From: Tubiluchus corallicola
Lineage: Eukaryota; Animalia; Priapulida
Length of the DNA stretch: 64,000 nucleotides
Direction of reading: 5' to 3'
NCBI GenBank assembly: GCA_030141605.1
Contig: JAQGDQ010000887.1
Span: 19,571 to 83,570, forward strand
Part shown: positions 1 through 12,548 of the stretch, one piece after another
Layout: each line of letters begins with the position of its first letter
Numbering within the stretch: the first letter of the stretch is position 1
Made by a program: the position numbers and the translations under genes
Notes under the pieces: model-generated
The model's database searches: none
What the model was told of the DNA's origin: nothing
The model's input: only the letters and a program-made list of their open reading frames with translations

Positions 1-2127
1 CTGCCTGGCTCCATATTTGTAAAAAAGTTTTGCCCTAGCTCAAAGCTCTGGGAATTACAATTAATTTTGGTAGAGTTAGGGTTAAGGTAAATGATTAGGA
101 TTAGGGAAAGTTATTTCTTTTTTTCCTGTGCCTTTTTTCTGTGACTTACTTGTATGTGGCTTTTTTTACCTGGATTTACGCAAAGTGCCTACCCTGTAAG
201 TCCAATAAAAGGTATGCAATTTTAACACAATTAATACTGCAAAATTAATTAAATAATAAGATTAAAAACTTAATTAACGGCGGGCGAGCCCAACTATTGA
301 TGACATCACGAAATTATATAATTTCCAACAGCAAAAATATTCCACGAGCGTGTTTGTGAAGGGCTATATTGAAGTACAGTGCTACTGCAAGATATTCAGT
401 GTGTTGTACTAAAACTAGGCAAGTTTTAAGGTAAAAACACGAATTTCAAATTGACTGCTGTGCTCACGCTTGAGCTGTCGAACGTGTGCAGTTTACCACA
501 AACTAATACAACTGAACTGAAGGATACAGCGCCTGTTTTTTGTGCAATGCGTTTCGGAAATGCAGGCGCTAACGCCCGTCTAACTAGCGAATGGCGAAAT
601 GCATGTAACAGGGAAGAACTAGTGGCGCGAAAATGAAATTATGTTTGTGAGGTAATAATTCTTTAAGATTGGGTCCGGTTTTGCTTTGAAAAAGACTTCC
701 GAGCACAAGATTCCCAATTGATTGTTAGTATGATTTTTCAATCTATCAGGTGGATTTGTGAAACGCGTGAGTGACTCCACGCAGCTGAAGTTTGATATTT
801 TTCGGTTTGATACACGTAACCCTCTTTTATACCATTTTGATGTGTGGGCGTAAATAGGTAGATTACGTCCTAAACGTAAATGTGTCTTTTGCCTTGGGAG
901 GTTATTTGTAATGAATAATGACTAAATCATTCAAAGTGATTAAAAACAAATGATGTGTAAACCAGGTATGCTTATTATAATTAAACTGCTTTTTATTTCT
1001 CGCTTTTTCCGTTTTTGCCTTGTGCCAGTTATACAAATTTACATGGAGTAAAAAAAAGAATGCATAGTCTTGGGATCTCATCACAGGTTAAGACAACCTC
1101 ACAAGCTCCTTGTATTTACTATACGATGAGATCGATGAGCTAGTGTCAAATATGCCTAGCACCCGATTGTCTATAAATCATCGTCCACACTTTGCTACAT
1201 ATTTTCACAATTCTGAACGTTGTTCTTTATGAGTTATTCTTTTAAATAAATGTGATTTACAACAAAGTTTTAGTTCATTTATCCTAGTCGCATCTGTTTC
1301 CTGTTAGTCAATTACTTGCAGAACTAAACATCTAGATCGTTACTATTTGTAGGTTCTCCGTATTAACAGACGGAGACATTCTGAGAATATTTTTTAATTT
1401 TTCGTGCTTTTACAGAGGTTCTATGGTCAAATGTTACTTCAGTGTCTTTCTTCTTTTGGACCCACTTCAAAACATGTTGGTTTTGATATATCTCGTTGTT
1501 GTTATTATTATTATTATTCACACAGACTTAAATACAGTTTCCAACAGTCTTACAGGTAGCCATTTTTATAATAAATCTCATAATAATTATAATTGCACAT
1601 ATGGCATTACCTTTGGCAAAATTGAGTCGGCGACTGCTTGGGCGTGAAAGTTTGCACCCTCGGATCGCATGATAGCCTTGTCACACCATCTGTCGGAGGA
1701 CTCATCATTGTTAGCGGGATTTGCATTCCCTGAACGATTTGCCATCTTGGCAAAACTCTTCTTATTAACAGACTAATGTAAGCATATTAAAATTCAAATG
1801 AAATACAGGTTTTAGAAGCCTTGGAAACAATGTACAATATTCGTACTGCTCGCATTACAAAATCATTGTTCGGCGCTGTGGCGCTATTACGAGTTCATGC
1901 TTCCTACTTTTTTCCCAACGGCGCGTTCAGACTAGCGAGTTTTCTGTTGCAAGTGTGAAGTGCTTTGCGAGTTACTGTCGGCAAGAATTTGTAAACCATC
2001 CGATAGATGCAGCGAGCTGATTTACTGGACACGAACACCTCGGGGAGTTACTCTCGACCTTTCTCGCAGTGAATACAGAAGTGTCAGATCGCGCTTTCTG
2101 TCGGAGGGTAACTCGCTCCAAGTTTTG

Positions 2128-2130
<3 letters not shown>

Positions 2131-2204
<74 letters not shown>
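2131..2204. repeat. (TC)n microsatellite, ~37 units
   Basis: Perfect TC run followed by a degenerate TC-rich tail to ~2285. Confidence 0.97.
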
Positions 2205-2207
<3 letters not shown>

Positions 2208-4350
2208 CTCATTGTTCTCTCCCTTCTCCTTCATACACATCCTCTCTCTCATCTCTCTCGGTCTCTCTCTCTACCCCTCTCTAATTATAAATGTACATAA
2301 TAATTCGGCGTCTCAATGAAAGAAACTTCTTAAGACTGACATTACTAAGCAGTCACCCAACAAATCAATTGCCAGGCTCGGCATTGCTTAACTTCTCTAG
2401 CCAAGCACACGCGATTACCACATAGGTATTCTTCTTGCCCAACATGAACAAGTAAGCCCAGTTTCATCCTGCGAAATCCGTATCCTTAGTTTTACCACAC
2501 TATCCCTTTTCATTAATGGTACACATTGTCAAGTTTCATCAAGATTAAAACAGTGGTACAAAGTTAGTCTGTCAAAACAAAAGCAGCAGCGTTGAGTAGC
2601 AGCAGCGGTAACATCAGCAACAATAACAATAAAAACAACAACAACAGCAACAAGATGATGATAACAAGACTAACCAGAACAATAGGTGTACACAATTATA
2701 TTTCATCCAAAAGATGCATGTATAAAGACTACTTAATTATTTACTGTATCAAGTTCGTGATCGTCTAACCATAACCAATCCTATGTCAAGATATTAACTA
2801 ATTTTAAAATTCACGACGTACCCTTTGGATTGAGAAGACATATTGCTGCGCTTAAAAGTCGATGATAAAAATCTGCGTAATTGTCATATACAATACAAAC
2901 TATCAGCAAAATTTCAGGCAAATATTTCCTGGAATACAATTTTTGCTGTGAAATCTATGTCGTACAAATGATTTTTATTAAATGAGAGCACAGAAAATAT
3001 TATTTCACATTCTGACTTTGCAAAAACTATAACAACGACAAACTCACTGCAAAATACTCCTCTTTATAGGTCACCCGCAAGCGAGTAACAAAAATGGAAA
3101 AGATGACGTCCAAAAAGTTACTTTGTATGCCATGAAATTGATGAAAATGTAACAAAATAGTATGCAACGAAAATATGATGGTGGATTAAAAAATTTTGCT
3201 GTTAGAAATTTGCTATTTTTCCCTAGAACCTGAATGTAAAAATGAGGTATGTGTTGCACATAGCTGCAATTTTACGAAGGAGATGTTGTGGATTCCTTTA
3301 TTTGGAAGTTGGGCTGGTTCTAGTCAATTTGTAACGATGGCCCAGTCAGAGGTTGCACTAGACGCCTTGTCTATTACTCCATTCAAAGTAACTTTGAATG
3401 AAGTGCCTGAACTTTGAATGAAAACATACCAGTGCGCTTGGACTTAGATTTTTGAGAAATTATTTACATACAGTTTGCAAAGATTTTTACACGCTCTTGG
3501 GCTCTGTAAGCCGGAATTCAGCATTCAAAGTCTATTCTAAGATGTCTGTGGCGGGATCTGTGTGTTTAGGCATGTTTGAATATACATGTATATATGTAAA
3601 CCCTTTCTCAATGACCGCCAGAATCAGTATGGCGAATGAAACCACCTAGACTGAGTATCGAACCCAAGCGATCACGATGCGACACATACTGGCGAAACTA
3701 CTTGGTTATGAATCCACCTCGAAGATATGAAACGCATTGACACCAACAATTCTTCATACTGGCACTATTAGCTAAAATGTGCGATAGAACGAAATTCACG
3801 TTCTAGCAAAAGATATGTATGTTAAAACCAACGAAATAATTTCAGTTTGAATGTTTTGAATGTTTGAGAACTGTTGACAAAAGCAGGTGTGTAGTAAAAT
3901 TCTTGTACGCTGCCATGATTGCTTTCGCATTTTTGAGTAGAATTATCTAAAAATCAAATTTGTCTTCGTTTCCAGTAAGAGCGCGTTCCGAAGTTATAAA
4001 TATATATATATATATATATGCGCTGATTTAACGTGAGAAATTATTTAACAAGGCAACTTTTAATCTTTTGCAATCGTAATTAAAACTTTCACACAATGAG
4101 CTAGAATCTTGTAACATCATAAAAGACCTACGCTGATCACTGTTACAGTAACATGATAGTAGTACTATAGTCAATTAATGAATGTACAAGACATCTACGA
4201 AGATGACAGAAGCGATATATATATATATATATATATATATAGGTCTGTCTAGAAATTACTGAACACCAAAATTTACTAGAAAATTCACCACTAGAAACAC
4301 TGCTACATCTTCGTGATTGAATTGAAATCTTATCTTGTTGTAGTAGAGTC

Positions 4351-7300
4351 CTAAATTGAGCTAACTCGCGCAATTTCTTTGAAATATTTTTCTTTTAGTA
4401 ACTGTATGTATTGTAACTGACTCCTGCTTAATCTGTCACATAAAGACGGGGTTATTTCTATCCGCTGGCTCCAAAATGATTCTGGGATAATTATTATTGG
4501 TGCTGACGAATAATCATTTCTCGCACTTCGACTCTGGCACACCCTCGACACTATATTGTTAACAGTTCGAAAGTGCTTGAGTTCTTCCCCAAAATGCCTT
4601 TCTTTTGAGATTTTCAACCAAAAGGTTTTGTTAAAATGCTTAAATAAGGCATGATCAACTTTGCTCCACTTTTTATGTTTTTTTAGTAACGATTTATTGT
4701 GGGATGCTGCATCTGTGAATAAATTCTTAGAACTTTTGTTTTGTGAACGATACAAAATGCTAGAAAGAGGCCAGCACATCAACCTACGCATTAAAATCAA
4801 TGACTCATCGAAGTAATTGCTGATCATAACCAAATCGAATTCTGAATCGATTTTCCTCACGAAAGAGTCGATAATCGATTCGGTTTCGGATTCAAATTTC
4901 CCACCACCAAGATCAAAAGACATGAAGTTTCTATAGTAACTTGTTATTTTAAATTTCTCCCTCCAGCTTTCCGAGTCGTCCATAAACAAAGCCGTGGCTT
5001 CTGAGAAATCGTCGGTGACGTTCAATCGTTGGAAGTGATCAAGGAGCTTGAAATAATTCAATGCAGACATGAACTGACTAAATGGTTCCCGGATCGCGGT
5101 CACGTACTTTGTATCGGCTGCCAAGAGGTCGTCAAAGATCTCCCGGTTGTACAACGCATGCAGAGCGATCATATCAAATGTTTCTCTACCGCCGAGGAGC
5201 GGAAGATAATGTCTTTCCTTCATCTGATTAGGCCACCCTAGATTCCATTCATCAGTTGGAAGTACACTAGTCAGATTCCATTCGTCAGCAAACCTCTGAA
5301 ATGAAAAAAAAACATCAGAAACCAGCAATTTTAAAGGAGAATACCCTAATATTTCAAACTTTAATTTACACTGGAGGGTCGGCCACAGGAGCCCATTAGG
5401 AGGTCTTTAGTATTTCGCGGATGTAAGGCAATTGGAACAAATTTGCGAAGCCACAGATTCACGAGATATATAAAATTTTGGAGATAAAAATAAGTTCATT
5501 ATAGACTTTTAATCTCGAGGATACATTGAGATGTGCAGTTAAAATGTACACGAGTAAACTGACCAAATTCAATATTTAATAGAATACGATAAAAGCTACA
5601 AGTGAGCAAACGAAGTGTGCACTTTGTCTTTTAAAAAGTAAGCATTTTAATATGACAAAAGTGCAACAAAGCATAAAAGTGACGTACATTAATGAACTGA
5701 AAATAGCAAGGGATAGGTTGCTTGTAAACTATGTAAAAGTCTATGTTGAGTTTATGAACACATCAGAATGGGAAACACAGAATATAAATTTAAATAGGTA
5801 AAAAAGAAATATAGTGCATCAGCGTGTTTTATTTAAAACTAACTACAAAGATCAGCCAACCATGTCAGCGAAGTTATACTAATAGACTGAAAATCATTTA
5901 AAAGTGTTGCTTTAAGTTACTTGGCCACCAAGCTAAAGCAGCCTTAAGCAGGAATGGTTTCTGAATATCAAGTAGCAAAATTGGCACACAAAACCGATAC
6001 AGCTATTTTTGCAAGATAACTAAAAAAACAGGCAGCCATTTACAATTCAGTGACGTTTGTGTATCCTTATTTTACGAATTTTGGTTGTTTTGCAGTCCCA
6101 ATGATGTTAATTGGCTTTTCCCGGAAAATCTTACCAATATGACATTGCCAACTCGTGTTTCGTGGATATTAATTCACTCACGTTTTCAAGCTTAGTCTTC
6201 CTTGCGTCATTTTCAAGACAAACTAGTTTTTGTAATAAAAATGTTGCTGTCAGCTAGTACAATTACTACAGTTTGTGTCTTGAAATTTTAAGAGGTACAC
6301 AGACACGTGCTCTGGTATAGTTATAATTAAAAAATTCGATAGTTTTTTTATTTGATTCGTATGCTGCCTCATTCTACTATAATAATAATTCACGATAATA
6401 AAGCCCCATTCTACACGCGTGACACTAATAAAATTACTTAAACGTGTCTCACCATCAGTATGCAAGAGATCGTATCACTGGCGCATTTGTGTACTTTGAC
6501 AAAGGCAAAATGATGCGTCTCACTGCAAATCCTTGGCTTCTTCGAATCTTCGAATTTCACCCTGCGGATAACGTAAACATTTTAACTGGATATACAGCGA
6601 ACTATTTGAACCCATTTAGCCAGAAATCGTTTGTTTATACAAGTGTTAACTTTTAAGCTAGCAGAATTAACCAGAGCAAAACCGACATAGCGCTGATTAG
6701 GAACATAATTACTTGTTATAATTGGAGGGCTTCACTTAACATTTTCGTCACGCATGCATCTGACGCGTACACTCCATTTCTAAGCCGAATAATGTTTGTT
6801 AAGAAATTGTGTGTAATCAAGGCATGGGCTGCTCCTACCTGTCAGATTATTGTCAGTGTCAATTGCTAAGGCTTATGTAACGAAGGGGTCATGATGTAAC
6901 AATTTTAAGTCATTTTGTAATAATCATTCAAATAATGAATTGGGCAAAGCGAACTAGCGTATTCCTGGTCTTTTTGAGACTTATCGTGGTCTGCATTCTG
7001 CTGTAGTTATTGGACTCGGTCAATAATTCTGTCTTACACGTGGGTCTGGCTTTAGCTCAGTATTGTTTGGCCTGTCTGAGGTATGATTTGCTACAGTTAA
7101 GATCTGACCTGTTAAAGGTCTGGCCTAGCTGAAATTAGTCTGACAGATGTACCTAAGCAAGTAAGTATCTCCACACTGGACCTATCTCTAGATAGAATCC
7201 CAACTAGAGTGCAACTTTTATACCTGTGGTTAGGTTTTCTGCAAAAAAGTAGTGCCCTATGTAAGCCTTCTACATAGTAGTGCATCATATTTATTACATA

Positions 7301-8570
7301 ATGATTACTACGCAGTGACGCAAAAAAATGTTACATACTTAATGACGTAAAATTTGTTACGTAAAACGATTTTTGTTACTTAATGAGTCATAACAGCATT
7401 ATTATACAGGAGCTTGGATAACTATATAGTGACAATACATTTCAACAGACTGGCTATGAGAAGCTGTAAAGTGGTGCTCATCACTTTCATAGCGTACACA
7501 TGGTCACTTTATCAAGACGTGAACGAACTCTGACCAACGTTATTGTTTCACCAGAAGACACAACGAAAGTGTATCATGAGAAAATTACTCCAGTTTAATG
7601 TTGGCGTGATCTTGTTTTCACCATGGATTGTTGTGTGTACAGTACACACAGTATTCACGTCGATGTCACACGATCACGATGATTTCATCGTGAAACAGCA
7701 ATGGTGTGTATCCGTATCCACGCATCCAGATTGTGCGGCCATGGTGCATTTCATCCCGTGACGGATTGTTCGGAATGTGCGAAAGCTGCAGTACAAAAAC
7801 AGTTGTGCACTGCCACATGAGACGTGCATTCTACAACCACTTCTGACGAACCGTGTGATTTACCGGATTGTCCGCATGATCCGCACAGTTTATTGCGACA
7901 GAAATCGCGTGCAAGCGCATACGCCCTTACAGTCGGTAACTTACATATTGCAACTCGAATTCCAAGCCATACTGTACGTACAATGTACGTACGTTCTGCA
8001 GCTAAATGTTTTAATTTCTTTTACAATAAATATTATAGCAAGCGATTTGTTCTTAAAAATTCTTGACAATCTCATTACAGGATTGTGGAAACTGAGTATC
8101 AAATGATACTTTTAACGAACAAATAAGCGTTTATAAAGGCCAAGTAAAATTTTAACTTTGTCTTGTAATTTTTATCGAAGATTTACATTTTACTTTCCAG
8201 GCCAGGCGCTTTCAACCAATTTCTGCGCTAATTGTTATACCTTTTGGCTGGAAAACAGTTGCGAAAAAAAAGATTTAAAAGAAACTGCTGTGTTAATACA
8301 ACAACACAATACAGCTTTTACTATATGAACGCTTTTACGTTTCCACGTTTTCAAATCAATTATAAGATTTAATCAATAACTTGCTTCTTTAGAACTTTAG
8401 ATCTACAGGCCAAACTATTCATACCTGATAATGTTGTTATTATTGTAAACAGAAGGTTGATACACAATCAGCGTCGCTGGTTCCCGTTGAAATTTAAGCA
8501 AAAGTGAACAGAAAATACCACAAACGAAACAAGCGATCAAAAACGTTCTGACCTTACAGTCGGGCTTCAT
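4351..8570 (-). CDS. Galactose-3-O-sulfotransferase (Gal-3-O-sulfotransferase/GAL3ST family)-like type II Golgi membrane protein, ~399 aa, 3 coding exons: 8570-8425, 6561-6453, 5295-4351
   Basis: Exon 1 reads MKPDCKVRTFLIACFVCGIFCSLLLKF (signal-anchor TM) and ends AG|gtatga. Exon 2 (ccgcag| ... |gtgaga) reads VKFEDSKKPRICSETHHFAFVKVHKCASDTISCILM, matching the 5'-PAPS-binding KTHKTASST-type motif. Exon 3 (ttttcatttcag|) reads RFADEW...YVTAIREPFSQFMSALNYF...FDLVMISNYFDESLILMRRLMCW...DHALFKHFNKTFW. Phases join to 1200 nt without stops. The specific paralog cannot be assigned. Confidence 0.88.
6870..7397. mobile_element. Degenerate MITE-like element in sulfotransferase intron 1
   Basis: The left end carries GTCAT..TGTAA repeats and the right end their reverse complements (TTAC..ATGAC), with short internal degenerate repeats. 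No TSD resolved. Confidence 0.4.
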
Positions 8571-8764
8571 TGCTATATTGCGAAAGTTCACGCTCGAGAA
8601 ACACTTGAAATGACAAGCAGTACTGGCTCACACTTCAAATGATACAATGCTAATTTATATGGCAAACCAGTGTGCTACAAAACCCATTAGACAAGCTGTT
8701 ACACTTCATTTTCACATTTACGAATTCGCATTTGTAAGGCCCACATTCAATACTAGAGCTGTAT

Positions 8765-9032
8765 TGACTGATTGGCATCCTTCTGTCTCGGAAGACAATG
8801 GAGTGTGCGCCAAGATCACACTGATCACATTGATGGAGCTGCAGCGTCGACTGTGGCTGAGCAGTGCGATCCTTGAACGTCTCCAGGTTGGTTTGCAGGA
8901 ACTATGGGAGTCAGTGAGCATGCTGCACTGGTCCGCCTTCGGTCACCCATCCAAGTACTAATCAGGCTCTACGTTGCTTAATTTCGGTGATCAGACCAGA
9001 ACCGGTATTTTCAGCGTGATTTGGCCGTAGTC
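8765..9032 (-). mobile_element. Chimeric retroposon: 5S rRNA-derived head (9032-8941) fused to RTE-clade LINE 3' end (SINE3-like)
   Basis: The minus strand reads GACTACGGCCAAATCACGCTGAAAATACCGGTTCTGGTCTGATCACCGAAATTAAGCAACGTAGAGCCTGATTAGTACTTGGATGGGTGACC, i.e. the first ~92 nt of 5S rRNA with A and C boxes. The following sequence encodes ...SRIALLSHSRRCSS (like the RTE ORF2 C-terminal SRIGLxSHxRxC finger) and ends CACACTCCATTGTCTTCCGAGACAGAAGGATGCCAA. TAGAGCTGTAT occurs on both sides (8754-8764, 9059-9069). Confidence 0.8.
8941..9032 (-). pseudogene. 3'-truncated 5S rRNA-derived segment (head of the element above; not a functional 5S gene)
   Basis: Close match to metazoan 5S rRNA nt 1-92. 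The last ~28 nt and the oligo-T terminator are missing. Confidence 0.85.
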
Positions 9033-10680
9033 TAGATAGAGCTGATGCAGAGCTGATGTAGAGCTGTATACATCATTATATACACGTATATTAAACAGAA
9101 CTACCTTAGAGCAAAGGCTGACTAATGATGTTCCTGTCATGTTTACACCACTAGCAAGATGTAATACAGGCAAATGTTTTTCCTACTCATTTTTAAGCTC
9201 GTACTAGTGCAATACGGAAAGCCAGGTTCCAGTTAACCAAACACGACTTTTTAAATAATGAATGTGCCCCGGCACGTGGCATACACATTGAACCTCGAAA
9301 TTCGCGAGTTGTAATACAAACAACTGAACACTGCCAATTGCTGCGAATCCTGCAAATTGGGTACGTCCTTTCGGGAGGACGTGTTGATGAATATGTTACT
9401 GATATATTGGCTTCTCAAGCTATTTAGATCTTTGTCTAAATGAAATGCTTACATGCATCGTAAACAAGTATGAATCCCTGTGTATGTGTACGTGAATTCC
9501 ACGCATAGCATTAAAACTGATATTAAAGCAGCAAGTTAATTTTTTATACAGTTCGGCACAGTCGCTGTATTAACATCAGGGCCTGTTTAATGTATATTTT
9601 TGTGACAGGATGGACGTTTGGTTAAGTGCCAGAGATTAACTTTAGTCAATAAGCACGCGCTATGACCACCCCGCTATTCCTCTTACCTCCAAGTCATGTG
9701 CAGAAACTCAGTTTTAACAATCACTGTAATGACTGTTAACACAGTTTCTACATTATAATGTGAATATCGTTTTGTAGGCTTAATTGTAATAAAATGTTAA
9801 ATATCCATTGGCTTGGCAAAGCTTTTCATTTGACAGTTTAATTGAACATTTCCCTGTTATTTTTCTGAGATGAGTTAACAACCGTCATCGTCAGTACCTT
9901 TGTTTCTCTAATAACAGCAAAATAGAGATTTTGAGTTCGTTCATACTGAAACTTTATTGAGTACCAAAATTATTTAGTTTTATATCAATGATGACAAATA
10001 AGGATATTGTTGGCTACTGACATTTAGCTGCAAACTAATAGGTGCGTAATTAGTAAGTCAATGAGTCATGTGTCATGCAAAACTTTCGCCCGCGACGTTA
10101 AAATTTAAAACCCTGACTCAAAAAAATGAAACACTGACGCAGTTCGTTCTGATTCGTCGAACCCTCACAAATTGTCTTCTAACAAAATAATCAGGGCCCG
10201 GTTTCACAAAGCTGTCACTAAGTTAACGACGTCGTTATTATCGGATAATAACTATAATGAATTTACTCGTATGGGCCTGTATGTTGTCATAAAGCTTATA
10301 AAATGGTCCTTTCAGTAATCGCAGGCCAGTTATTAGATAAACCCAATATTTCCAGTGTCTATTTACCTTTTTTTACGAATTAATAATACATGCATATACT
10401 TAACCTCTTTAATCTCCGTAGAGCCAGTTGCGTATCTGCGCACTCGATTTTGGTAAACCAGAAAAATTGCTGCAAATTTCATTTGCACAACGTTTAATTA
10501 CAATATGTACAACACCGTGTTAATTATGTTCGGTAATAGCAAAATAAAAAGTTTTTTTGGCTAAGTATAATCAAGTGGTGATCAAGCAAAAACCATTTGT
10601 ATGTGCAAAAAATCAAGATGGTGCAAAAAATCAATCACAATAGTTTCTGAATTGAAAATATGTGGTGAAGGTCAGCACTG

Positions 10681-10893
10681 TCATGGTTGTTGGACAATCG
10701 TTATCTTCCTTTTCTTCTCTAGGCAGCAACAATAAATCCACACAAGAATCCATGGAAAGAATAATATGGTGATGATACAATGAAGGCAGTGGTTGACTCC
10801 AGGCTGTTGAGTGGTGATCACAGTTGTTCTTGATGGCTGAATGGGCTGAGTTATGATCTCTCCAGCTGGTTGATGTCCTTTATGATGACCCAT
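10681..10893 (-). CDS. Small Cys/His-rich membrane microprotein, paralog 1 (70 aa)
   Basis: Intact ORF MGHHKGHQPAGEIITQPIQPSRTTVITTQQPGVNHCLHCIITILFFPWILVWIYCCCLEKKRKITIVQQP. Splice acceptor cattttcag| at 10924-10926 lies 30 nt before the ATG. 23/26 core residues are identical to the ORF at 28806-29006, with 5 synonymous differences. Confidence 0.8.
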   Translation of the reverse strand: MGHHKGHQPAGEIITQPIQPSRTTVITTQQPGVNHCLHCIITILFFPWILVWIYCCCLEKKRKITIVQQP

Positions 10894-12233
10894 GTTCGGA
10901 CTTTGTTAATTATTGACTAATACCTGAAAATGTTTATTTCAGTGAGTAGACTATCTAGTCACTGTACTTACAATAATTTTTTTCATATTTATGTAATCAT
11001 CGCTTCAATTTATAGCATTTTACGTCTAGTTATAATTATTAACAAGAGAAACATTTCAGATGTTGATTATCTAAGTATTTTACACAATTTGACGTTTGTG
11101 GGTGATGCTTGTACATAGTCTAAATACACCAGAAGCAATTTCCTTATCATCAATACAAACCACTAAAAAATATTCATACTACGATGCATCACTAAAATTA
11201 TGATAGGAAAAGAAAAATCTTAATATTTTAAAATGTTCGCGCCAACTGATAAAACGTCACTGTATCACCGTGTGCACAACTGGCTCGCCAAAAACACATT
11301 ATTGATATTATTGACAACAGGCTACAAAGTACTTTACATTTTTGCTTAGTTATCGAAAAGTATGCTATGATTATTTTTACAAACTTTAGACAGTGTTATC
11401 TCAACTTGTTTCGCAGATAAGCTGCGCATAACTTCGTAGTTGTACTTCGTAAAGAATTGTACTTCGTAAAGGCTTATTTTAAATTTTTGGTCCCCTTTTA
11501 TAATTTGGGGCCTTCATAGAGCACACCAACGTGCTATAGCTAAACCAGATATTTCAGTCCTAAGTCTACAGGACTAATGTTCCGAAAGCTCCTCCAATTC
11601 TCAACAATTGAATTTCATATTAAGCCTGCTCTGTATTAGGTACCCTATCTACATGACGCTGATGACATTAAAAATATAAAAAAGATTTGTTATTAGTTAC
11701 AGTAAATTTCACATATTATGACCACTAGTGCCAAATTGTCTGTAGATTCTGGAAAAAGATCCACAAGTTTGCATCCATAACATAAAAAATAAATAAACCG
11801 ATCAAATAAATATATATAACATACTTGTAATAATTATTTTTGAACAATTAAGCAAAAATGTCAAGAAATGAAAAGTATAATGCGCATTTGATATGAACAA
11901 ATGCATTTTGTTGCAAATGTGCTGAAAAACGCATTTGTTACTTTCCCATGTGCATATCTTCCAGATTTAATGCTGGTTGAAAGAAATCTTGCACGTGTTG
12001 GCATGAACTGCCAACATTTCGTGGAGTGATGGATCCAATGGCTTCATCAGTCACTCTCTCTACATAAGCAAGTCACAGAATTTATAAGTCGCTGCTCTTC
12101 AAGTTGTGGAGGATGTACCTGTAGAACTCTCATGTGGGTTTTGCTTCACGGCTGATGTTAGTTTACTCCATTTTTTCTCAGTAGGATTGAGCATAGGCGA
12201 GTAAGAGGCAAGGCGAACGAAAATTATAAGCCC

Positions 12234-12532
12234 TGTTGTGAACTTGAATAAGTCCACAAGTCTCTAGTAATATTAATGTCTTCAAACCAAATAATTGGCA
12301 CTACTTTTTCCCAAGTTTTGACTGGTGGAAGAATACTCGTTTGAGTAAAACTTTTTTTCAGACCAGTTTTGAGTCAGGTGTGGCTTTAGCTCTAGGAAAA
12401 ACGGTTGTGTTACTGATTCTATAAAAACATATGAAATTAAAATTTATAGAAATTTAATTTTGAGTTAAGGTGTTTTGTGATTTAGTTTTAAACTAGTATA
12501 CTGAAATTCCGTGAAAAGAGAAATTCACGACA
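12234..12532 (+). repeat. 5' LTR of BEL/Pao element (299 bp)
   Basis: TGTTGTGAA...TTCACGACA terminal inverted repeat. Differs from the 3' LTR by 3 substitutions and one T-run indel. Confidence 0.95.
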
Positions 12533-12548
12533 TGGAGGCACCACCCGG
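12533..12548 (+). promoter_or_regulatory. Primer binding site of BEL/Pao element (tRNA-Thr-like)
   Basis: TGGAGGCACCACCCGG lies directly after the 5' LTR. The first 10 nt are complementary to the GGTGCCT-CCA 3' end of eukaryotic tRNA-Thr(AGT) as recalled. Confidence 0.6.

Noticed and set aside
60-180. Telomere-like GTTAGG repeats at the window start
   Set aside because: Only a few degenerate units followed by T-rich subterminal motifs. More likely the truncated end of a non-autonomous DNA transposon, and it cannot be delimited here.
1960-2319. LS/ER-repeat ORFs (also 38962-39455 and 63586-63870)
   Set aside because: These are translations of TC/GA microsatellites or N gaps.
4351-5328. Single-exon 325-aa sulfotransferase as given by the ORF track
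   Set aside because: Its first 11 codons are intron (polypyrimidine tract and AG at 5296-5300). The PAPS motif and TM anchor lie in upstream exons.
7543-7761. Plus-strand ORF containing VILFSPWIVVC, resembling the microprotein core ILFFPWILVW (about 24/31 nt match)
   Set aside because: It lacks NHCLH and CCC, has no comparable splice context, and overlaps a degenerate MITE-like inverted repeat. The match is too short to separate from chance.
8941-9032. Functional 5S rRNA gene
   Set aside because: It is truncated at about nt 92, has no terminator or tandem array, and is fused to retroelement sequence.
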